Assembly (NCBI GenBank): GCA_964304625.1
Contig: OZ199839.1
Span: 8,878,328 to 8,942,327 of the forward strand
Direction: 5' to 3'
Origin: Kudoa neothunni
Lineage: Eukaryota; Animalia; Cnidaria
Length of the DNA: 64,000 nt
Below are positions 54,144 through 64,000 of the stretch, piece by piece. Each line of letters starts with the position of its first letter. Position 1 is the stretch's first letter. Under the pieces are notes generated by a model, which did not search any database, was not told where the DNA came from, and saw only the letters and a list, made by a program, of their open reading frames with translations. The position numbers were made by a program, and so were the translations under genes.

Positions 54144-54684
54144 GCCTGGAGCCGAGGACAGATAGCACAATGGTGTGACACTAGGCTCAGAACCATATGA
54201 TAATGGATTCGAATCCGCCGGTAATCCGACTACTGCTTCCGTGTATGTTGGTCTCTATCCCATATTTGGGAGCTGTGGTTACAGTGTACACTAGAGCTTC
54301 TAAAAAGCGTGATGCATTTCACACCATATCGCGCGCGTGACGTGGCACGCGTAGAAACCCTAGTGTACACTCGCTGTGAGGTGGGGTGCACCAGCAACCA
54401 AATTGACGTGAATAGGAGTTAGAATCTCTGTAATCCATCGAAAGACAAGTAATTTGCAGGTCTCACGGAGCCAACGTCCGTAAAGGGATAGGGTGTGGGG
54501 TGGTGGTCGCCCTGAGACGAGGATGTTTAATGGGTTAAAGTCCCACATTACCACATAAGGATGAGGAGTGGGATTTCATTTTACGTTCTGCGGTGCCTAC
54601 AGCGTTAATGGAAGAGGTCTAACCGACCAGAATTCCACAACCTAATAAATTGCCCCAAGGGTTTTACCTTGTAAACAAAAAAAA
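54144..54684 (+). mobile_element. tRNA-derived SINE, type A (about 540 bp)
   Basis: Starts GCCTGG; A-box TAGCACAATGG and B-box GGATTCGAATCC; 3' end ...CCTTGTAAAC + A8; flanking direct repeat AAGAAAATAT (54134-54143 / 54695-54704). Confidence 0.88.
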
Positions 54685-55277
54685 TTAAAAGAACAAGAAA
54701 ATATAGAAACCCTTCCCAACTATGTTGTTGATTTCATGTTTCGAAGAAAATATATTGAAAAAGAATTATTAACTTTATTTAAATATATATTGGTTTGTAG
54801 GTAGTAGAAATTGATTTTTCCGATATTCTACGAAATGTTTCATTTCTCTCCTTTTGGTCGCACAATAACTGTAATTTAGCCCTATTTACCAATTATATAT
54901 TAAAATATTTCTTTCTTTATATTTCTAAATATAAAAGTTATTATTCAAAATTTATTTCCAACTCCATGAAAGATTAACAATCAATTTAATGATTAAATTT
55001 AATCCGACTTTTTCCAAATCAATACAATTGTATATACATAATTAAACATAAAAAATTGTAGGAACTTAATACAATAAGCTATATATTATTCATAAGAATA
55101 TATTTGAATAGGATTTCGTCTTTAAATTTAATTCTCTAAAAAATTTATATGGCTGTTCAACAATAAATCCATCATTAGCCAAACTAATTGGGGAGGGTTC
55201 ATGCCGTCAGTGGGGTCGTTTACGTAACTACTCAAGTTCGTCCTCATCAACCAAATAATACATCGGATTTTCATTAC

Positions 55278-58271
55278 ATGCTATCGTTTAAAATGATCGT
55301 TGTATGGGCTTTATTTTTGGTTAGGAAAGGTGTTTGTTCCAATGATTTTGGACAATGACCATTATTTAGGGGTTGCAAAAGAAAGGAGTCCCTTAGAGAA
55401 AAAATGTTTGAACTGTTTATTTGATGAAAAAATGACTTGGTGTCTAGATTCAGTAGATATATCTAAAAGCCTATTTATTTTAATAAGTTGCTTTTGAAGT
55501 TTATTGACAACCAATATCGTTGTGAATTTATTCCAGTATGCGCCAGTCCTCTTAAATATAACAGAACGTTGTCTGTGAGTTTATGTAGTCTATATTTTTT
55601 GAGATATTCTAGAATCTTGCTGAGGTATCACAAGAGCGAAAACTCGATTTAGGCGAACAAACTTTAGTCAATATTACTGATATGGGATCGAATACAAGTA
55701 TTTATTTGAAAACCAAAGGAAAGATTCCTTTATACATTAATGGATTGTTTAGATTTTTCCTTTACTTTTACCCGAAATGAATATGAGAGAGCAGCTGAGG
55801 TGTATTTAATGATCAATGCCAATTTTTTTAGCAGTGGTACATTGGAGTATGTTAAAAAAGTTTTGGTCCGTTTCAGTATTTTTTCAATGAAAAACTTAAA
55901 TTACTCGTTTAAATACAGTTAAATCCGAGACCACTAACCAAAACAGGCGTATTAACAAACTTGCTTTGGGTATTATTGAAAACGACCCTAATGATCTCAA
56001 CGTCGCGTACATTGATCTTTTATTTTAATTTCCCACAAACAAATTTGTATCTATTCTACCAAATAGGAATTCTTTTTTTTACCCAATTCATCCAATCTCA
56101 ACAAATTACGTAGAAATTGTAAAAAATATAAGTATTTAAAATGAACTTGAATTTAAATCGGTTTTTTAGCAAAATGTCATTTTGAAGCTTAGCAATAATT
56201 TCAGTGGTCAATCCTATAATAAACCCTTCCATGAATCAATCCTACAATCCGTCCTATGCGATCATGTAAAATGAAAAATAGTCCGACTTTCTTATAAGAA
56301 AAATGTAGCTGGAGGGGAATTGGTCAATAGAAGGGTATGAAAAATTAATTTTATTGATAACCGATATTGCCCCTTTCACAAACGTTGCTAGTTGGAATGT
56401 AAATCGTTATGGTTTCCAGATTAAATTTATTTACTCATTAAGAATCCCATATTTAACGATCAACCCTACAAATCTTGTTTGTTGACTGGTAATAAGTATA
56501 GAAACAATAATGTATATGATTAAATAAATTGATGATTGGATTATTGTGGGTTTTAGTATCCAATAGATGTGACCAAATTCGCTAAAGTTCTTCAAAAAAA
56601 CAAAGTCACTCTTGTGGTTTTTTCCAACCAGAAACAGGTCATGTACACTTTTTCTGTGAGTGTTATAAATCATGAGAATTTTCCATGATAATCCAATTCA
56701 GACTCATTTAGTAACCAATGGTGGTAGTATTATAGGAGATGTTGCATATTATCGGCGTGAATCACAATTAGAAACCTTATTAAAAGATATGTTATCTGTA
56801 TAATTAATGTTCAATCTTAAAGAAACGATAAATTTTGAATATTTTTAGAAATATCTATCCAAACTTTATATAATTGTGCCGAGCTCTGATGAATATTTTA
56901 AGATTAGCCTCAATTTGGATTGTCTGTAATTTACATCAAATAAATATAAATCCTATCGATTACATGCTAAATTTTATGGCATCAATTAGAAACTACTATG
57001 GAATCTATTACCATTGCGATCTACAAGATTTACCAAACACAAATCAATTTAATGGATTGATAGAATCGAAAAAATGTCTTCCTAGAAATTATTACATAAT
57101 GTTTTTTTAAGGATAGTATTATTTTGCTAAAATACTTTAGATACGAATACATTATTTACCGTAAACCCAATATTAAATTCACCATATTCACAGATCTCTG
57201 TTATTGTGATTGTGAGAACGATGAACAATATTCACACGTAATAATTTCGATGATAATAAATATTCTTGAATATGTTATATTTAATGCGTATTAGAAACTT
57301 GATTTCTCTTACGATGGTAATATTTTAGAATGTCAACCCCGAAGTTTGTCATTTCAGAGGGGATTATATTTGTGGAGAGTGTCGATGTTACGAAAATGAG
57401 TTTGATTTACAATTTAATTTTAATTTTTAATTTAACTAAAGATATCGAAACAATTGTTCCACATTAATTTTACCTTCAAAACCTTATCAGCCTAAAATCG
57501 GTGCCGAAAATATCCCCTCAGAATTCGACCTTGATTTTTGCTGTCGTCCGAACAAATTGGGATGTTGTCACAATAGCGCTAATACCAACCAATTTCAGTG
57601 TGGCTTCAATGATTGTAGTCGTGAAAAAGTTTTAAAGAACGCTTTGTGTCCTTTAAAACAATGTCATAATTCTTTACTGTATGAAGAGGTAATTAGAATG
57701 ACCTGTTTTCTATTGACAAGATTTTCTCAATAAATTACAAGATGGTTACTAAATGCGATGTTTGTTCAAATGATCTAAGAGAATGTGAGTTTGGTTCTGA
57801 CGAATCTGAATGTGAAAAATTTGTAAATATTATTCCGCATAGAAAAATATAATTAATGTGTATTATTCCAGTCTGAACCATTATATTGTGAAATATATGA
57901 CGAATGTCTTCAACTTAGACTACAGCCGAATATATCTCACCCGCCGCTAGACCCATTAATTGCATCTTTATGCAATTACGTAATATTTCTTAGCAATGAT
58001 GACGATTCTAAAACCAATATTCCTCCCATTACCACTTGTATGATGGCCGTCAAAATGCGTTTTATCAATTACAATGTGTTCAGCAACGAAACTCACACCT
58101 TTCTTAAAATTATTAAGATTACAACCTTAGGTAATTACAGATACGAAATTATACTTGTAAATCATATTTATAGATCCTGTATACGGTTTCCAAGTCTTTT
58201 ATTTCGTAGGTGTAATAACCCTAATATTTTTGGGTGCAATCCCAATTTATTCGTTGCTGAAGAAAAAATAA
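55278..58271 (+). CDS. Divergent integrin-beta-like membrane protein, gene 1 (many short introns)
   Basis: Signal MLSFKMIVVWALFLVRK; PSI CLNCLFDEKMTWCLD; betaI start FSFTFTRNE...EVYLMINANFFSSGTLEYVK; YCDCE; I-EGF VCHFRGDYICGECRC; Cys-rich stalk; TM VFYFVGVITLIFLGAIPIYSLL followed by KKK*. Confidence 0.8.
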
Positions 58272-59874
58272 CGCCATCCAAATACCATATAATGCACAGG
58301 TTATATCTACCAGAGAATTGTGTTAGTAATTGATATATTTTCGAACTACCCTTCAACTCCAATTCTACGAGCTTATATTTATGTCTATGTATTGTAATTT
58401 TAATATTTTCCGTTTCTTACTATAACTATAATAATTTATTTTAGTAAAATTTGAAATCCGATTAATTATTCATAACGAATTTAGGATTAATATATTCAAT
58501 TTTTGGTAAAATATACTGAAATGAATCTTAAAGAGTGATAGTATTCAAAATTAAGAGGATTCCTTGAATTTATGAAATAAAATATATTATTTTCGTTTTT
58601 ATATATTTCTATTTGTTAAAAGAGTTCATATATAATAAATTGGATGAAAGAAAAATGTTTAAATGATAATAATCTATATCAACGCTAACTTATGCGATTA
58701 CTTAAATATTTTGTACTTTTAATGATAATATTTTCAATTTTAAAACTCATTTAAAATAAATATTATTCTTCTCAAAATTATGGAAATATTTGAAAATGAA
58801 ATTCTAATTTGAGAAATAATTTAAGCCGAAAATTACCTTATTCCGGATTTTATTGATTGAATTTTATTGTAAATAGAATTTTTATTATTTCTTGTTTATG
58901 TAATATTTTTGTATAGTTCTTATTTCAAATTTAAATTATCAAATCAAATACATGTTATTTCATAATCCTTCATAGATTTAAAAAAATTTCGTTTCAATCA
59001 ATGAAATAATCAGTTAATTGCAATGCAGCTTATTATATTTAGTAGGCAGTTGATTTGAATTTTTAATAATAAATTTTTATAAATAATTCGAAAATAGCAC
59101 ATCTTGTTGAAGTCATTGTTATATCTTTGGATATTCTTCCTTAATTATTTGTAAATTTGACCTCAATAAAACATCATACATTATTCAATTTATAATTTCT
59201 AATGTAATAACAATGAGATTCTCTTTTATAGTGATTGATATTTGTAAAATATGCCTCAAGGTTAAAAAAGTTTAATTTTTTATATTTATTCAATTAAAAT
59301 TCAAACATTTTTACCGGTATTCTTTACATAAAATATCAAAAAACTATTTGCTTAATTATAATAAGATTTTAATAATAATTCAAAAATCTACCAAAAAATT
59401 CATATTGATTTATCTACAACATTAATAATATTATAAACCTCAATATATGGGGTCTTTATCGTAATCAGAATTTTTCTCATTCAAATAAAGGTTCAGACCA
59501 AAATTATGCAAAGGTTATTGAAACTGTCAATTTTAATCCTAAATTGCATGTAAGTTTGCACAAATAAAATTTTTAATCCCATCAATTCGAACTCACAAGC
59601 TATACTCACAGAGTTAATTTTTCAAATCTGCTATAGTAAATTATTTCTGACTTCCCCATTTACTCTTGGGATCCGAAATAATATAATATAATATAATAAA
59701 CTAACGTCATCCGACTGTTTTTCTTCATGCAAACAGTCACTTTCCTTAAATTAATAATCTATTTTAGTAAGTCTAATTTTATATTCACGATAATTAAACA
59801 AAACGTTTTTAATATTTTGTGTAGGATTAGGTTTTTACTATCCCTCGGCCAATACTCTGTAAATCTTAATAAAA

Positions 59875-60391
59875 GCCTGGACAATATGACCAGTGGTGTT
59901 AGATGCGGCTCGCATACCTGGAGGTTGCGAGTTCGAAACCTAGTGGTGGGGGCGTTCCTGCACTCCTACTCCGAAATTAAATAGGAAGGTTGTAGTAATC
60001 GCAAAGATCTACGATTTATCGTGGTCTTTCTCGCAGCTGGGATGGGTGCCTGATGGAAGGGTAGAACTCAGGCACTCATAAACGCTGGAGTATAGGAACG
60101 AAATAAAACCTAGTAGAGGGTAATATGGTAATATGGGGTTTCCGTAGAGCTGATCCCCGCATTCAGACGACTTTCCCACACTTATTCTGGGTTATTCCAG
60201 GGTATGGTTGGAGTGCTGGTTGCTCCGTAAAAGAGGATGTTTAGAGGGTTAAAATCCCACACTACCGCATAAACGTAAGTCGCCTTAATGTGACGCTTCG
60301 ATACCTACAGCGTAAATGGAGAAGGCCCAACCAGCCGAATTTCACAACCTAACAAGTTACGCCAGGGGTTTGACCTTGTAAACAAAAAAAA
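59875..60391 (+). mobile_element. tRNA-derived SINE, type B (about 517 bp)
   Basis: Starts GCCTGG; A-box-like TGACCAGTGG and B-box GAGTTCGAAACC; ends GACCTTGTAAAC + A-run; direct repeat AATCTTAATA (59862-59871 / 60395-60404); second copy at 9675-9900. Confidence 0.9.
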
Positions 60392-61129
60392 GGTAATCTT
60401 AATAGGCGTCGATAGTTAAAATTGATACCAGAAAAATTTCATTTTTTAAGACCGATGTATAAGAAAAAATATTATTTAAATGTATCGTTACGGATTTTAA
60501 TCGTTTCTAAAATAAATTTTTTATATTTTATTTATCTTTATGGCTTATGACGCGGAATAATATAAAGTTATAATACCCATAAGTTTTCTCAGCTTAATGT
60601 TATTTATCATTTAAATAAATTTATTTTGTGTCCCATTAATTAATTTTATTCGTAAAGATCCAAAAATTATAGTTTGAAATATATTAATCCCCTATTGATC
60701 ACAAAAACCACGAACGTATAAAAATATTTGGAGGTTAGTTTCTCAAAAAGTTCTCCAGAATAAATTATAACAGGTCGTAAACATTATAAAAAAATAATTA
60801 AAGTTGAATTACGATATTTTATTTTTCTTCCAAAAAATGTAATTTTACCAATATATATTTATTATTTAAACATAACAAATTATGCCAAAATAAAGTTTAT
60901 TGTCTAAATCAAACATTATTCGAATGATATAATATTTATTTTATGGAAATTTAAATGAGATGTTACTAATCAGTAACAACCAATACGGTCAAATTACAAA
61001 TCTTTGTTCTTTAATTTTAGGTACGACTTAAATAGAAATTTGTAAATTTTAACTCATTAATTTATATATTTATTTAATAACGGTTTGAAAACTTACACGC
61101 AAGTTATTTTTATTTATAGTAAAAATTGT

Positions 61130-64000
61130 ATGAATATCTTCTGACATAGTGAATTTTTAATATACCATAATCCAACATTATTAGGGTAAACTTTTGGATT
61201 ATATTTAGTCATTAAGTGATCACTGGAGAAATAGTGAATTAGGAGGTGGTAAAAACTCTAATCCGATGTTATTGTTCGAAATTTTACTATTTATATATAC
61301 TTTTTTTTCCTCCAGATGTACTGGATGTATAATTTAATATTGGTAGAGGTTTTTATTAACGAATAGATATGACTACAAGTCTTTCCGAAAATTGTACTGA
61401 GTGCTTATTGAATCAAAACAAGACTTGGTGTCTAGATGGGGTGACTATTTAAGATATTATTCATACTGTAATAAATATACTGTAAGTCGATCGAAGAACA
61501 AGAACGCTGCGGATCAAGCTCGGCCTGCATCAATCCAATGCAATATGAGAGAAATCTTGTAATTTATTCTACTCATAGAAGATTACATCGCTCTGTAGAT
61601 TATTAATAAAAGATCGCAAGTTCGAAATTTTACCCTATTCAATGGTTCGATCACCAAAACTGATTTGGGGCCCAATAAGAGTGTGTTTAGAACTAGACCA
61701 ATTATTGACAACAATATCTTTTAAATTTTAGACTTTGATTTCTCTTTTACAACTACTGGCTCAGAAAAAAAGATGGATGCTTACTTTTTGATCTATCTTA
61801 ACTTTGACAGTGCTGACAAATGGACATATATCCGTGACGGTCTGGTGAATTTCAGTATTTTATTTTTGATACTGACATACCATTTATTGTTATCAAGTTT
61901 ATCATAAGATCGCTATCGGGGATCTAAATCAAGTCGCATTAGGTACAATTCAACATTTTTCTCCCAATTCCCACATCACGTACTTTAAAAACTTCTCTAC
62001 ATACGGTTGAACGATAATTTCTCATATTTTGGTCGAAAAGAAATTCCATATATCATCATATCCATTCATTCACCGAAAATTATTACCACACCGTAATTCA
62101 ACAACAGTTATCATATTATTGTAGGTATTAATTACTACATCCTACAACAGATAAATAGCATCCGACTCCTAAACGCAACTTATAACGTTGATAATCGTGG
62201 CTATCCAATTTTTGGATCGATCCTCCAATCCATCTTGTGTGATCAGGTAACAGAAGAATTGCGTTATTTGATGATAATTAATATTAAAATATTGAACCAA
62301 AGATTGAATGGTCTAATAATGAAGACACTGCAAAATTAATATATTTTATAACAGACACAGCTCCACTTCAAATTGTATCTAAACAAACTGTATATTGCAT
62401 TTCCTCTATCAAATATAATCGTTGAATAAGATATCATTGTTTAATGGCCTAAGTTACAAACATTGCCAAATGATAAGATCCAAGTATCAGGATAATAATG
62501 TAAACTTATACATTCCTATCACAATTGATATGTCGATAATTCTCATGTATTTTAGTATCAAACAGATATAAACAGATTCGCGGGGGTTCTTCTACAGCAT
62601 GAAATTACCCTAAATATTTTCACAACACGAGCCGAATTCCACAACATCATAACTGTAATTGTTAACTTCTATGTATACCTTTATTAGACAACAAAATATA
62701 GCCTCACTTTTTAAAATATGGTGGTCAAATAATTGGAGACGTTAGAACTTTTTATAACAGATGGACGTTTACCTCACTTTTAAGACACCATTTTCAGGTA
62801 ATTTAGAAGTAATTAATGTGGTTTGTATAAAATTGGACCATAGACCGATCTAATCTCCTACTATATAATTATTCCTCCGTCAGATGATTTTTTCAACGTT
62901 TCAACAAAACTCGGATGCAGGTATCTGTACATAATTAATCAACAGATATTTTTATCGACGCACTCAAATTTGTTTATTTATAGAAGTTATGGTCAAATCT
63001 ATTTTGCCTGTCGTCGTAATATTTACCAGATTCATGTAAGTATTACAACAAAAAAATGCTTACCCAAAAATATTTCAAGAAAGTATTCCATATCTAGTCC
63101 CAGCCGCTCCATTTTAAGTCATGTAGATATGAATTTATTATCCACAGTAGACCTAATTTTGTTGCGACGTTTTACACAGATCTATGTTATTGCGATTGTG
63201 AAAAAGACACCTACGGGTCTTATGTAATTATCTCTCTATTAAATACACAAATATTTATATATTCGGCTGAATTTTATCGTAAAAAATCCTTTAACTACTT
63301 TTTTCATCTTTGATATTAATTATAATTGTAGGAAAAGAAAAGCGAAATATGTGGTTTCAGAGGTGACATCGTTTGTGGAGTGTGTAGATGTTACGATAAA
63401 CAACCGTACAATTCCACTATTTATATTCTCAACATTTATATTGTGAAGATCGCACAACAATTGCTCCACATTAGCGTTATCACCTAAGGATCATTCTGAA
63501 TCTAAAATTAACGAAGATAGCAGTTCATCCAAATATCAACAGAATTACTGCTGTACGCCAAATAAATTTGGGTGTTGTCACAGTAAAAGGAAACCAAACG
63601 AAATTCCATGTGGTTTCAATGACTGTCATAATTATACGGTTTTGAAAAAGTCCTTAACGAATCCTGAAAAATGTTTAACTTCACTTGATAAGAATGTAAT
63701 TATTTGTTAACTTTGAAAAATTGTTAATCTTCTGACATAAAGACCCAAAATAAAACTATTGTTTGCCCCCCTGGTTTCAAGAAATGTGAATTTGGTTTCG
63801 AAGGAATTTATTGTGACAAACTCGTATTTATTCATTTTTTTTGAAAATGATGTAACTTATTTTAATCCTAGTCTCAAAAATTGTATTGTGATACTTATGA
63901 TGTATGTCTTCAGTTTCTGTTACAACTCGATATCGGGGACCTCAAGCTGGAACCAGAGATGGAGAATTTCTGTGGCCGTATCATTTTGAAGGAGAATGAT
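61130..64000 (+). CDS. Divergent integrin-beta-like gene 2, paralog of gene 1. 5' end unresolved; runs off the window
   Basis: CTECLLNQNKTWCLDG; FDFSFTTTGSEKKMDAYFLIYLNFDSADKWTYIR; ICGFRGDIVCGVCRC; YCCTPNKFGCCHS...PCGFNDC, matching FCCRPNKLGCCHN...QCGFNDC of gene 1. Confidence 0.78.

Noticed and set aside
54160-54225. tRNA gene calls at 54160-54225 and 59880-59950
   Set aside because: A/B boxes are present, but there is no complete cloverleaf or acceptor stem, and each continues into a SINE body with A-tail and TSD.
54283-54371. Hammerhead ribozyme (GAAAC next to a stem)
   Set aside because: No CUGANGA core between the inner stems; likewise none at 60042-60079 or 50334-50606.
58260-58271. 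Euplotes-type AAA-TAA programmed frameshift
   Set aside because: A single instance in a non-ciliate context; other genes end normally and the other frameshifts lack this motif.
1-64000. CRISPR arrays, rRNA, prokaryotic operons or U12-type introns
   Set aside because: Eukaryotic intron-containing DNA; no regularly spaced repeats, rRNA-like sequence or RTATCCTT donors noticed.

Overview
Eukaryotic, very AT-rich, compact animal-type genomic window. Integrin-beta-like and multi-Kunitz genes point to a metazoan. Most introns are GT-AG and about 35-55 nt, and proteins are strongly diverged, which fits a reduced parasite lineage such as a myxozoan, orthonectid or dicyemid; the sequence alone cannot settle this. 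Housekeeping genes: BMS1 (5'-partial), a shortened MED23-like gene, SRSF7-like, an RRM + 6xCCHC protein, GTF2F1/RAP74, a divergent importin-alpha, a DYRK2-class pseudokinase and PSMA3. Between them lie decayed DNA transposons (pogo, hAT, piggyBac, MULE, MITEs) and tRNA-derived SINEs. Highlights: (1) two nearly identical 2.6-kb copies of a secreted five-Kunitz-domain gene flank an old MULE and differ almost only in a 150-bp patch covering the reactive loops of one domain, including P1; (2) tandem integrin-beta-derived genes lack the MIDAS motif, and the complete one also lacks a cytoplasmic tail; (3) two SINE types share a 3' tail but carry different folded central domains; (4) an unexplained 270-bp structured GC-rich island sits inside the MULE. 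Many single-base homopolymer indels look like assembly errors, so frameshift-based pseudogene calls are unsafe. All alignments and counts were done by eye.
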